The position numbers and the translations under genes are program-made. From the NCBI GenBank assembly GCA_036867785.1, contig CP145425.1, forward strand, positions 558,001-622,000: a stretch of 64,000 bases of DNA, read 5' to 3'. The DNA comes from Plasmodiophora brassicae (lineage: Eukaryota). Each line of letters starts with the position of its first letter. Position 1 is the stretch's first letter. Positions 33,650-46,454 of this stretch are shown here, piece by piece. The notes beneath the pieces were generated by a model, which did no database searches, was not told the origin of the DNA, and saw nothing but the letters and a program-made list of their open reading frames with translations.

Positions 33650-34210
33650 GTGCCATCTGACCGTTCCACTCGGACTGCTACTACCGATCAGCTTCAGCTA
33701 CCGCAGTGGGCAATTCCTCCTCGAACTCCCAGGCAATCAGTGCTTGCGTTCGCGAGCGTCCATGGCCTTATTGATGTGTACTCGACAGCAGGGACGTCCC
33801 ACCGTTCAACTTTCTTCGATTGTTGTCGGCAGTTCGCCTTGAAACATCGTGATACCTGCACATACCCAGGGTGCATGTCAGTCTGGATTCTGGACGGGGC
33901 ACGACCCGGAGATTGCTAACTATCTTCAATCCGATCGAGTTCCTTATTGTGAACGTTGGACGGTCCGGTCTACATTGTTGCCATGATCAAGAGGCGACTC
34001 CGCGAAGCTTATGAAGAGAGTGCCGGCACTGACCTCGTCACTGTCGTCAATGACGTTATGATCGAATTCAGCAGCATCTCTTCGAAAGCCTTTTTCAAGA
34101 AGCACGGTTATGTCTGTGATGGCGTATGTGACCCTGGCATTGGTATGCACAGCGACATGAGTGCTTTTAATTTTGGCGCTATAGTGAGTTCGCTGGCGCA
34201 TGTATTCTGA
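33650..34210 (+). mobile_element. Degenerate IS630/Tc1-type DDE transposase fragment
   Basis: PRQSVLAF...GLIDVYSTAGT...FFDCCRQF...YPG..SVWILDGA and FNPIE, then IKRRL...; interrupted by a deletion and stops. Confidence 0.75.
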
Positions 34211-35061
34211 CTTGATGTTCATTTCCCACGTTTGGACAGAACGTGCTCTCGTGGCGTAGTTGGGCGGTCCGGTCCTGGTGTGACGGATTTGGTCTACAAC
34301 CCTCATGGCATAATAGACGATGTCGTGTTGTGTTACCGGTTTTTGAATACACAACATCCGTTTGTCTTGAAATAATGGGGCTGCTTGAAACTGTACATTT
34401 GGAAGTACATTACATGAATTGGTTGATTTCGAGATAGTTTATTAATTAGTCAGATACCTCTCATTGGGAAACCGGTAGTTGTTAATTCCGCATACGCCCT
34501 TCAAAGTAACTCCAACAACATTCAATTCATGGCGTCGCGTGCTGCCCATGTGCTTGAAATGTGCCAATTCCTGACTGAAGTGATGAAAAGTGCATGTTGT
34601 GGCACTTCCGCACATATGTGAGCCGAAGTGACGAAAAGTGCGCTCTAACCCAGGAATGTGTGGCATTCGACACGCATTCGTGACGCATTTTGATACACAT
34701 CGATACATCTGACATGAACTTGACCAGAAGTGTACACTAGTGTACACTTTCTGGCCACACGAGTATGGGCTACCTGGCGGCTTCATTGTACCAATTGCAG
34801 ACACTACGCGAGTAGATGGTCGACGATAACTTCGTTCCGGTGATGTGATCTGTGAGTTCGTTGCCACATTAGTATATTACGCTGAGTTAAACAGTTCGAA
34901 ATATAACTGTACACAAATGCGTTTGTGTTCACTTTCAAGCAGCCCCAATGCATCACGACTTCCGTTTATCATGACATCATGTCAGAAGATTTGGCGTCTC
35001 GATGTTCGACGTCCTTCATCTGCTTCGTTGCCGTTGTTGTGGTCGACATCGAACTGGTTAG

Positions 35062-35960
35062 TCACTTGCGCTTCCGAGACCGGCCGAATTCGCTTTCAGC
35101 AGGACTGATGGCGTCTCCAAACGACGCGATTACGCTTCCAGCGGTGTCGGCTATTTCACCAAGCCTTTCGAGCTGAGCGATATGTAGCTGGATTGCCGAT
35201 CGCATGGTCTCGGCCGACTGCTTCGCAACACCTACTTCGAACTGAAGGCGCTCCACCATATTACGGTTCACATTCGTACTCGTCTTCAACTTGTTCAGAA
35301 CGGCACCAGCATCAAATGGGGTCATCTTGAAGAAGTGCGCCAGATGTGGCGGGGGTGCCTGCTTCGCCTTCTCATCGCGCAGGTGGAGGGGTTGCGACTC
35401 GATCCACGCCGCCCACTGCAGCCAATTGATGTCGTGCGCCGTATAATCTGGATGGATCTCCATCAAAGACACCTTTCGAGAGTCGAGCATCGAAACAGCA
35501 GGCTGCATGCACCCGGGCCGCATGGTCACTTTCACGCTGAAGACTTGACTGGACCGTCCGGTACAATGCGGACGATCGGGCGGCGATTGGTGTCTGAAGC
35601 CTACGGCTATACGCGTTCATCGGATCGGGCATTGCGGATCGGGATTACTCGAGCCTCATGAGTGGACGTGCTGGGCCAGATGACTGCATCTCCACCCGTT
35701 GTATTGTACCTACTGTAAACCTACACCTAAGCGGGCTCTTAGGGATCTCTAAAATACATCATCTGGAGGACGGATGGCACCTTCGTCGTGGCTGCCATAT
35801 CATGCACCGTGCCGTTGTCGCCAACACAAAATTGGTCGCAGACATCGTTTCGGATGTGCTCAAACGCAGGCGGCATAACGCGTCGTCGAGGCACGAATCT
35901 TCGTGTGGACGTTGGCCTGGATGAGCGACCCCAGCACGATCTCCATCGATCGTACTCCAA
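35062..35960 (-). pseudogene. Disrupted gene of a transposon-associated/repetitive family within the AT-richer island
   Basis: Protein-like segment HPDYTAHDINWLQWAAWIESQPLHLRDEKAKQAPPPHLAHFF plus coiled coil; upstream pieces are broken by stops and frameshifts. Confidence 0.45.
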
Positions 35961-36928
35961 TGGTCATGTGGTAGTGGGAAATACTTGAATTGCATAACGC
36001 AATTACTCAAGCTCCAAGACTGAACGAGCCAGAGCTGACGAGCATCTCCACGTCGTCACTGTCATAGATAATGTCGTCGTTAACCATACTGAACGGCAAC
36101 AGAGTCAGAGCATAATCCACACACAGACGTGATAGACAGTACAAGTCTGCCACGGCGTTGCGGACGCCCGCTGCCTCGAAATAAGTGCGCGTCGCTATTT
36201 TTGCGCTGGACTCCGCCGTCGACGCCAATGTTAGGGCAGGCTGGAGCGCGGAGCACCGCCACGGCGTTGCTGGCGGATTGCGGAGTCCGACGGCTTCACA
36301 ACGCTATCAGCAATGGTGAGTCCGCGTTTCAAGTTGCTGTTGTAACGATTCGTTCGTGATGATTCTCAACCAGCTACTCGTAGCATTCTGTGCACGATAG
36401 ACCGTTATTTGCTCAGGGGGCCTGGAAACCCCCCTTTGCGTCCCTGAATTTCGTTACAATTCGCATCTACATTACGGCTGGCCCTTGACCTGTGCTTACT
36501 GTGCTTGTGTCTGTAGGTACTGCATGGGCATTCCCGGGTGAACATTCGGCTGCAAGCGTCGCGAAGCCAGCCGTGAATGTCCAGTAGTGTATTAACCATT
36601 GCGCGCACCTTTATTTGGGATCGATCGGGGGCTCGGGGCCAACCTCACCATTCGGTTTCTTCATGCGGGTGCAACAACAAACACATGGTTTTAATTAGCA
36701 TGTGGCATTTTGCGTCTGCGATCGACGCGGCAGCATGGATGGGGGTTTTCTCTGTCGTGCACCACGCTGCGCCGCCCAGACGTCCAGTGGCCTCGTGTTG
36801 ACTGCCATGTAACAGTCCCCTGCGTTGCCATCGTGTACCGTACAGTTATGGACCATTGTAAATATACAGAATACATGTTGTATATGTTGCTGCCCTGCTT
36901 CCACAATGCACCTCAATGCTGGAAAGCA

Positions 36929-38441
36929 TCAGTCGGACCAAAGGTTGAACCCGTCGTCCTTTAGGTAGGCGACGAAGATCAGGTTGATGAACCAGGCGCC
37001 TACGGCGGTCGTCATGTACAAGAAATGACGCGTGATCGAGAAATGGACTAGGTGCAGCAGATCGACATGGAAAGCGCGCTTAACGAAGAGCCAGACGAAG
37101 ATGGCGAGAACGGTCTCGGCGCCGACCGTAACGGCCAGCGCAACAGACGTTGCCTCGAAATCTTCCGTAGTCATCGTGTCGATGACCCAGAACCCGGTCC
37201 GATTGTACGCCAGATACCCGAACGACAGGAATGCCATGAAGTGAATGGCGGCGCTGAACTTGGCCAGTTCCTGCAGCACCATCATCTCGCAGGCCTGTAG
37301 TCGGGCGCGCCTGAACTCGTGGGCAGTAAACTGGTGGTCAGACGAGACGACAACAGCATCATTGTTGTCGTCACCGTCGCCTCTGCCCGATGCCTCGTTC
37401 TTGGACACCGCTTTGCTGCCGTTGGCAATCTGGCTGAGCGATGCCGTCACGCGGCGTAACCTCGCGCTGCCCGTCCTCTTGACTTTCGCGACGATCCCGG
37501 CGAACTCCATACTCAGCGACGTAACATGGTAAACGGCAACGACGATATCGCTGGCGATTACGCAGACCATCACCGTCATCGTCGTGCTCTCGTCCAGGCA
37601 GGCGCTCACGAACACGGCATGCATGTAGAAACACGGCCAGGAGCCGATCGCACCCGCATCAGGCTGCGTAATCTATGCGAGCGCGACGTTAGAGATGCCC
37701 ACCACACTAGTCAGTGTACATCCTACATGACTGAGGCGGGCGTTAATTTGCAACCAGGTGTACCTGATCAGTTGTAGAAGGATCGTCGAGCAGGACTGCA
37801 GGGCGACGTTGAAACGTAGGAAGATGAACAGCAGACGGAACGCCACGTATACGAAGAAGCTTCACCGACGTCATTAACGGCGAGGATCAAACAAACGGGT
37901 CATGTCGCTCTTACAAGCTGGCAGCAATGGCAAGATTCACTAATGTTATCTTGACGTGGATACGGAAGACGGGGTCCTCACGCCGCCACTGCTCAGGGAT
38001 GATGAAATACATGGCGGGCAAGGCAACAGGCATGAGGCAGCCGGCGAGGAAAACGGTCGAGAACGGTACAGGGAAGAACCCCATGTAGAACGTGGCGACG
38101 TTGAACAATAGGGCGACGGTGGCGAACAGGAACATGATGGGCAGCGTGCGTCGCCAGGAAGCCGGCAGCTTCGTGAAGGTTGAGATCGCCGACATGGTCC
38201 ACAAGCCAATGATGGCGCACGTGACAGGCTTGGACACGAGCAGATAGGGCATGTTGGCAATGAAAGTATCGGTGTGCGACGCAGCAAGTGGGACGACGAT
38301 GACGGACAGGCTCAATGCCCCGGATGCGACCACGAAGCCGACGACGACGCCCAATTGGTGCGCTGCGGGTCGCTTGTCAAACTGGTGGAAGTCGGCCGTG
38401 CGGTTCAGCGAGAACAGCTGGTAATGCCGGGGCGTTGTCAT
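36929..38441 (-). CDS. Multi-pass membrane protein of unknown function (2 introns)
   Basis: Two hydrophobic ORFs joined by a short middle exon; about 10 TM-like segments; FFPVPFS motif. Confidence 0.75.
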
Positions 38442-38861
38442 CGCTATCACCGTACGCTATAAGGGTCATCAAATATCGGACGGGACCACCGACCACCACC
38501 CCCGGCAGTCGACCGTACCCGCCCTGGCGTATTGGCAGACGGGCCCGGGTTTCGACACCCCTCCATCAACCTGTACGGACCGTTTCCCGCACCCGGACCT
38601 GCACGTCGACAGGCGGCGCGCGTTCCGCGTCCAGGCCCTGCCTGGCTGCCGAATTGCGCATGACACGTGCCGGTGTGGTGGTCGTCACGTCGTCCGACTC
38701 GGACCCGACGATCCCAAAAATATCAGCTTGCGCGGTAAGGTACTTTTCGTGTGTGTTTTTGGGCGCGCGTGGCCCGTCCGCGCTGAGTCGGACTGCTGCC
38801 GCTGGTCAGTGTCGACTGTCGGTGGGTAGTCCACAGCGCAATTGTGCGCGCCGGTCGCGGG

Positions 38862-40285
38862 ATGGGTTCGCGTCGGGACGCGGCGTACTGGAGCGGCGGG
38901 CGGCAGCGGTACCGGGATGCGTACGACGATGACTGTTACCGGCAGGGCAGCCTCAGGCGGGAGCACCACCGCGACCGACGCCATCGGCGGCGTCGGTCGC
39001 GGTCGCCGTCGGGCGGCGACGATGACGACAGGAAGGGCATGATTGATTTCCGGAAAGGGGAGCGCATTGACGGGCGATGTCTGTCCAATCGGTCGAGATG
39101 GTTGCTCTGTTCACCCGTATCTGATTCGCGATACGTCCGCTGCCAGTTGAGATCGTTCGTGTCGCCGGGCAGGGCACGTTCGGGACCGTCCTAGAATGCA
39201 TCGACCACAAGCGCGACAGGCGACGGGTCGCGGTCAAGGCCGTCCGCTCTGTGGATCGGTACCTCGATGCGGCCGGCATCGAGGTCGAGATCCTGCAGAA
39301 AATCGCGGACGCCGATGTGCACCGGACCAGCCTGTGCGTGCGCCTCCTGTCGTGGTTCTCGACCCGGCACCATCACCGCCAGCACATGTTCCTCGTGTTC
39401 GAGTACCTGGGCAGGGACCTGTACACGTTCATGAAGCGCAACGAGCACCGCGGGTTTGCAATCGCCCATGTCCGGTCGTTCGCCCGGCAGCTCCTGCAAG
39501 CCATTGGCTTCTGCCACAGCATCAAACTGTGCCATACCGATCTCAAGGTCATTTGATGCGCCGCCCTGTCGTTCGCTACCCGTGTCTGATTCGGGTGTGT
39601 GTGTTGCGTTTCCCAGCCGGAGAATATTCTGCTCTGCTCCAGCGATTACACGCTGGAGCCCGACGGGACGTCCATGGTGCGAGTGCCCGTCTCGACCGAC
39701 ATCCGCGTGATCGACTTTGGCGGGGCAACGTTCGAACATGAACGGCATGCGCGGACGGTGGCAACGCGCCAGTACCGAGCGCCGGAGGTCATCCTCGGCC
39801 TGCCTTGGTCCTACCCGTCAGACATCTGGTCGCTCGGGTGCATATTCGCGGAGCTCGTAACAGGCGATCTGCTGTTCAACACGCACGACGATCTGGAGCA
39901 TCTCGCACTCATGGAGCGCGTCCTGGGCGGGCCGCTGCCTTTATCGATGGCCGAACGGGCCCTGGCGCCTTATCGAAGATCGGCGTCCACATCCAGGAGC
40001 TCTGAGAGCGGCTCCAGGCATTCTCGCAGGCGGCATCGTCGTTCGTCCGAATGCGACGCCAACGAACTGTTGAGCCTGTCAACCGGCAAGCTGCGCTGGC
40101 CGGATTGTGCCTCTGGCCAGGGCAGCATCGATCACGTCGGCGCGTACCCCGCCCTGGAGAAGATCGTTGGCGACGCCCAGCTGTCCGACCTCATCCGGAA
40201 GATGCTCAGGTACGAACCGGGCGAGCGTCTAACGGCCCACGAGGCGCTCAAGCACCCGTTCTTCCGTACCGCTGATGGCCAGTAA
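38862..40285 (+). CDS. CLK/LAMMER-family dual-specificity kinase (2 introns)
   Basis: RS-rich N-terminus, GQGTFG, VAVK, HTDLK|PEN, DFG, ATRQYRAPE, EHLALMER. Confidence 0.95.
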
Positions 40286-40365
40286 CCCCCCAGATTAAAT
40301 TAACCGTTTCCAGCACGCCGCTGCCACCTGGTGAACGATACATATAGCGGTGTTTTATTTCGTCG

Positions 40366-41017
40366 TCATCGAGCAATCTGCTGCTGTTCGGGTCGGGCCA
40401 CGACAGGGTACTCGCCGGTGTTGGGCGGTTTGCCCTCCTCAGGGAAGTGGTCCTCGCGTTCCGGTTCGGGCGGGTACACGTCATCGCCGTTTTCGTCGCA
40501 CGGGATCTCGCCCCGTTCGACGACTGCGTTCAGCCCGGGAAGGTCCGGCTCACCTGCTTCGCCATCGGGAAATCGGTCCGTCCCGCCGCTAAAGTAGTTG
40601 TCCACCATGACGAAGTCGTCCAGAGGGCGACACATTCGAATGCACTCCGCCCCCGTCATCACGGAGGCCATGACACGCAAGGTGGGTCGAAGGGTTGGTT
40701 CGCCGGTGCCGCGATCTACGACAGGCATTCAGTCCAGTGTTACGGGTAGATGTTCGGGGCGTGCTTGTCGACGACCAACAGTTTTCGGATATGACGGAAC
40801 CGGGAACGCATCGAGCCTGTTGCCCAGCCCTGGACGGGTCAATGGCAACTGCGTCGGCAGTCGGGGAGACCCGTTGGACGTCGGGCCACCAACGCCCGAA
40901 ACGATATGACCTGACCCCCCGGGTGTGACAGGTCAAACAGGAACTGCGTCCCGTTCCGGTTGCCGAAGCGCTCCGGCTCAAGCCGGCAACCAAGCTACCC
41001 GCGAAGCAACTGAGCAT
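40366..41017 (-). CDS. Hypothetical protein with acidic/Pro-rich C-terminus; exon structure uncertain
   Basis: Coding-like terminal exon 40366-40728 and AATAAA near the stop; start not established. Confidence 0.35.
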
Positions 41018-41127
41018 ACGTCATATGGCGACAGGCAATGCCAAACAGGGACACAGTTCCGATCCAGAGGACGTCGACGGAAAGAGCCATCGTCCGTGTA
41101 TGTCTGCCGTTAGAGATGTCGGAACGC

Positions 41128-42817
41128 TCACTCGACGGCCACCGGCTCGGAGTTCGTCAGAAGCGAGTGAGGCCCACCGTAGGACGCTCCTGAAATAAAC
41201 GAGCTGATCATGGCGAGAGAGTTGCCCGGCTGGTTCATTGGGACCTGGGACAGATCGTTTCAGCAATCTTCGGCAGGTACGTACGAATGTGGTGCGGTAC
41301 GTACCATGTGCCCCGCATCGAACACTTTCAGGAATGTCAACGGTCCAGCAGTTTTGAATTCCCCCGCTTTCTTGCCGAACACGTTCCAGTCCTGGAACTG
41401 TTGTCGGTTGTAGTCTTCTTGACGGGACCACTTCAGTGCGCTAACCCACGCCATCCCGCCGATCTGCCAAACCGGTTCCCGTTAAATCAGTGGCCGCCTT
41501 TACAACGGCTGTCGTAATGCAAATGCCTACGTAGTTGCAGATGAAGTCTTTCGTGCCGGAATAGACCAGGACCGGGATCTTGGATTCGAGCAACGGCACG
41601 AGCATGTGGTCGCACTCCAAGAACCAGTCCGAGGAAAGGTGCTGGTACACCTTCGTAGAGCATTCCGACCACGTCGACAGCGGCGACACGTCGAGAGCGT
41701 CCTGGACCTTCGGGTCGCCCATCAGGTCGTCCAGAGCCGAGAAATCGTAGCAGAGCGAGCCATGACTGCACTCCTCTCGGATGTCGTAGACGTTGAAGTT
41801 GCCAGCGTACTGCTGGATGGAGACGATGATGCTGTTGCAGACAGCAGTGGCACCAGGCAACCCGTGGTCCATGAAGTACTTGCAGAGAGAGGTCTCCCGC
41901 TCAACGCGAGCAAGTTTCGACTTGCTCTTAATCATGTGGTTCTTCTTCACGAACGTCACGTACTCGAGATACTGGATCTTGGCGTTCACCATTCCGTTGC
42001 CGATGGCCGCACCCGCCAGGTTGACATGGCGACCTTCCGCCGCCTTGTTCCCATTGAAGATACGATTGGCAACGGCAGGGACGTAATGCCCAGCGTAACT
42101 GACAACAAGTGAGGGCTACCGCCCGACAGCACGAACGTGACGCACTGACCTCTCTCCAGTGACGAACAGCGGCAGTTTGGCATACTGCGGGTAACGATCG
42201 AAGAAGCCTTGCAGGAACTCGAACATGTCCTCGCCCTGAGCACTGTCAGTCAGCACGCGCTGGCAGTAAGAGCAACCATCGGGATCGTACCACTTGCGCT
42301 TCGCTGACAACGTAATCGTCGTCATTGTCGCAGTACGAGAAGCCTGTCCCGGCGGGCTGATCGACGAACAGGACGTTCGCAACGCCATTCCAGGAGTGCG
42401 GGTTAATCGACACCGTCCCGTTCGCGTCCAGGCGATACTGCGCCAGGGCGAGTGAGCGCGCGCACGTGCCGACCGATGGAGAATCGATTACCGGTCCCTG
42501 CTCGTAGAACACCGCCAGCTCGGAAGAGCATCCCGGGCCACCCGTCATCCAGAGTATCAACGGGTCGTTCGTCGGATCCGCGCGCGACTCGAACATCCAG
42601 TAGAAAATGTGCCCACCTGCACGGCGGTCAGCGGCACACAGGCACGGACGGGTACGGCAACGAACGACGACGAACCGTTGTCCGACTGCGTATTGACCGT
42701 CACGTACCCGGTGTGCTGCTGGACCCGCTCAGGACCCCACGAGCCCGCCGAGCACAGCCCGGCCAGCACCCCAGCAACGACAGCTGCTCCAACGAACATG
42801 GTAACGGGCGCCGTCAT
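41128..42817 (-). CDS. Secreted serine carboxypeptidase, family S10 (multi-exon)
   Basis: Signal peptide; FYWMFESR, LWMTGGPGCSS, DQPAGTGFS, TGE|SYAGHY, DFICN, FDAGHM|VP (complete Ser-Asp-His triad). Confidence 0.95.
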
Positions 42818-43276
42818 GATCGATGCCCCCCTCTCCACCCGCCGAAGGTCGAGGCAAAATGACAAGTGAGCAGCAGCGCACTGACGCGGCCCGTCGGCGT
42901 TACGACTTACCGACGGGGCCACGCCGCCACGGGCGCTGCGGGGAACGCCTCACTGGCGCGCCCACTCACGATGATCCAAATCGGGACCCAGACCGACGAC
43001 AGTCGCCGTCACGGACACGCCCTCAGGAAACTGCTTTGGTACCTGCTCGACGGCATTGCAACTCTCGGCTCTGCTATGCACCATGTTTCACTGACACGGC
43101 ACTTTCTGACGGCTCCTGCTGTCAGTTGCTATATATCGACGATGGCATTGTATAGCTCTGGGGGCGGTACGTCGCAAGGCAGGTCGCAGTAGGGGGACGG
43201 TGTCGGCTGGAGAATGGACATTGGGCAGCCACTCGTCGGCGGTTGATTGCTGCGGACTCCGTGACAGTCGGTGACC

Positions 43277-44638
43277 ATGTCGCGGTCGACGGATGTCGCC
43301 GACACGTTCCCGATCCTGTGCGATTCCTGCCTGGGCAGCAACAAGTTCATAAGAATGGTGGCAATAGTGGGCGGCGGACGGTTGTGCTCTGGTTCCTAAG
43401 CGGTGCCTGGTGTAGACGAAGGACCCGTTCGGCGAGGCGTGCAAAGTCTGCAACCGCCCCTATGATGTGTTCAAATGGAGGGCCGCTGCTGATGGCCACT
43501 TGAAGCAGACAGAGTGCTGCCAGCTTGTAGGATGTCGTTTGGGGTCGGTGCGACTGCATGCGGTAGCTTACCCTTCCGTTTGCAGTGCGCTAAAATCAAG
43601 AACATATGCTCTACGTGTATGCTAGACCTGGAATTCAAGTTGCCGTCGCAGATACGAGATGCTGTCCTTGAGCCTGATGAGATTATGCGCGTACCGACAA
43701 GCCATGCGAACCGGGAGTATGTACATGATTATTGATCCTCCGGTCGGGCGCTAACCGACCTGCAGGTTTATGTTCGAGCAACACGAAAAACGGATCATGG
43801 GCGCTGGCGATCACGTTCAGGATCAGGTACTGGCGTTACCGTACGGCAAGGCGAATCCTGCCTCTATCCTGGACAGGATAGAATCCAGGAAACCATTCTA
43901 CAAGAAGCGGAACTTGCAGAACATTTGCAAGGTATCTTGTTCGATCGTTGCATAGCACGCCATGCCGCGTTTGACGGACCGTTCTCATCGCCACAGGACT
44001 ATTTAAAAGGGATCTGCACACGTGGTTCCAGCTGTCCTTACCTTCATCATGCTCCGCTGTCAGATAAGACGACGCAGGATGAGCTCATGGAACGGTTCCG
44101 TGCGGAGAATGCTCCTCCGGACCGGTCTGGTGAGGCGCCACCAATCCCGCCTGCCAATCAAACGATCACCACGATTTTCGTGGGTGGTAACGATAACACT
44201 ATCAGCGAGGACGACCTGGTAGCGTTCTTCTCCACCTACGGGCACGTTGCCAGCGTTCGTGCCATACCATCGAAAAACGTCGCTTTTGTCGAATTCATGG
44301 ATCGCAGCGCTGCCGACGCTGCCGTTGCCAAACTGTGGAAGAAATGTGTCATCAAAAGTGTCCCCGTCAGGATTGCGTGGGCGAGACCACGAGGTCAGTT
44401 ATGCGTCTGGATCGACCGTGGTTCGGTACGCTGATAGCGACCCGCAGCACCACAAGGTGACGTCGCCGATGCAGTCGACACAACTCATCGTGTCAGCCAC
44501 GAGGACGCCAACCGGCATCTTTCAGTACCACCGCCTCCCGTGCGCGCCGCCTCCATTCCGCCGCCGCCCGGCATGTATGGCAAGCGCCGACTGTACCCGT
44601 CTCAAAACCCCAAGTTTGGCTCTGCCAAGTTATCATAA
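43277..44638 (+). CDS. RBM22: Pre-mRNA splicing factor RBM22/Slt11 (multi-exon)
   Basis: FPILCDSCLG, CKVCNRPY, CAKIKNICSTCMLDLEFKLP, CCCH finger, RRM (TTIFVGG, AFVEF), YPSQNP. Confidence 0.93.
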
Positions 44639-44767
44639 CAATACATGTGGGGCCATGACGTCAGGGGCATGCTGGTATTAGGGCGCCGCTCATATAGGCG
44701 TGCAGCCACGGAGTCCGCGGCCGGCGTTGTCGGGGACGCACCGGGGTAGCCATATTGATCGAACATC

Positions 44768-45733
44768 ATGTCGGAACTGTCGCTGCGTGGAGAGCTTCGT
44801 GGCCACGATGGCTGGGTGACGTCGATCGCGACGACGCTCGAGGCGCCAGACATGATCCTGTCGGCGTCGCGCGACAAGTCTGTCATCGTCTGGAAGCTGA
44901 CCCGCGATGACGAGTCGTACGGCGTGCCGCTGCGCCGTCTCAAGGGCCACTCGCACTTTGTCGAGGACATTGCGATCAGCTCCGACGGCCAGTTCGCCCT
45001 GTCTGGTTCCTGGGACGGCACGCTCCGTCTCTGGGACCTGGCGACCGGCCAGACGACGCGCCGTTTCGTCGGCCACGACAAGGATGTTCTGTCGGTGGCC
45101 TTCTCCGCTGACAACCGCCAGATCGTGTCCGGCTCCCGCGACAAGTCCATCAACCTGTGGAACACGCTCGGCCAGTGCAAGTACCGCATCACGGAGGAAG
45201 GCCACACCGAGTGGGTCTCCTGCGTCCGCTTCTCGCCGAACGTCCAGAACCCGCTGATTGTGTCCGCCGGCTGGGACAAGCTCGTCAAGGTCTGGAACCT
45301 GACGACCTGCAAACTTCGCACGAACCTGATCGGCCACCGCGGCTACGTCAACACGGTCACGGTCTCGCCCGACGGGTCGCTGTGCGCGTCCGGTGGCAAG
45401 GACGGTACGGCCATGCTGTGGGACCTGAACGAAGGTCGCCACCTGTCCTCGCTGGAGGCCGGTGACATCATCCACGACCTGGCGTTCTCCCCGAACCGTT
45501 ACTGGCTGTGTGCGGCGACGGCGTCCACCATCAGGATCTGGGACCTCGAGTCGAAGATCATGATCGACGAGCTGCGCCCGACGTTCCAGTCCAAGTCCAC
45601 GTCTGGCAACCCGTCGAAGAAGGCCGTCCCGATCCAGTGCATTTCGCTGGCCTGGAGCGCTGACGGCACGACCCTGTTCGCCGGTTACACCGACAACATC
45701 ATTCGCGTCTGGACCGTCACGGCCCGCATGTGA
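44768..45733 (+). CDS. RACK1: RACK1 (WD40 40S ribosome-associated protein)
   Basis: 321 aa, intronless; [36 protein letters not shown]. Confidence 0.98.
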   Translation: MSELSLRGELRGHDGWVTSIATTLEAPDMILSASRDKSVIVWKLTRDDESYGVPLRRLKGHSHFVEDIAISSDGQFALSGSWDGTLRLWDLATGQTTRRFVGHDKDVLSVAFSADNRQIVSGSRDKSINLWNTLGQCKYRITEEGHTEWVSCVRFSPNVQNPLIVSAGWDKLVKVWNLTTCKLRTNLIGHRGYVNTVTVSPDGSLCASGGKDGTAMLWDLNEGRHLSSLEAGDIIHDLAFSPNRYWLCAATASTIRIWDLESKIMIDELRPTFQSKSTSGNPSKKAVPIQCISLAWSADGTTLFAGYTDNIIRVWTVTARM

Positions 45734-45763
45734 TTACACCACTCTCTGCATCGTACAGTCCGT

Positions 45764-46003
45764 TTAGGAATCAGCTGGCAGGTTACGTGGGCGCAACGGT
45801 GTCGGAATCTTCGAGTCGACCCATCGCCGTCTGCGGCGGGCGTGCTCACTCTGCAGAGCGGTGAACATGTCAGGATCGGCGCCAGCCGGGCTCAGCAGCG
45901 GATATGGCCCTGGGAGTCGCAGCCTTGCCACCGGGACCGCCACGCAGGCCGGTGTCGGTGCCCTCCACTCGTCGAACGTTGTCGCCGACTGGCTCGGTGC
46001 CAT
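45764..46003 (-). CDS. Possible small hypothetical protein (terminal exon)
   Basis: 79-aa ORF with PDMFTALQSEHARRRRRW filling an otherwise long intergenic gap; no recognised family. Confidence 0.25.
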   Translation of the reverse strand: MAPSQSATTFDEWRAPTPACVAVPVARLRLPGPYPLLSPAGADPDMFTALQSEHARRRRRWVDSKIPTPLRPRNLPADS

Positions 46004-46454
46004 TGTCGCCCCTCCCGTGACGCAGCGGAAGTGGCACGCGTCCGCACGGCTGTGCCCTCGTGCCCCTTTCCGTACGGGCGGAGGATGGGTGCCTTGCCAG
46101 CCCTAGGCATCGCCAACCGATCCGACGATCCTTATGGGCATTGATGCCGTTGCGGCGCCCATTCCCTGATCAGGATGTTCATTGCTCGGCACGTCGGACG
46201 AACAGACCCGCGCAACGTCACGTTCCATGCACCCTTGCTGCGGGCTCGTGAGGAGGCCGTTGTGAACGCGGCGCCGAACCCTCAGGAGGGGGAGTGCGGT
46301 TTAAATCGGCAGTTGCCAGTCGCGACCCGTCGACACAACGCGCGCGAGTCGTATTTTAGGGCGTCTGCGGGGGCGACGGGCGCATCACCCGTCGTTTGTT
46401 TTGTGCCCAGCGCCAGAGTGAGGTCGTCCGGGACGGGACGCGGCGTCCGGCAGC

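Noticed and set aside
33470-33650. Possible RNase P/MRP-like RNA (AAAGGGTCCCCGG on the minus strand)
   Set aside because: Only a partial match to one conserved region; the partner P4 strand was not found.
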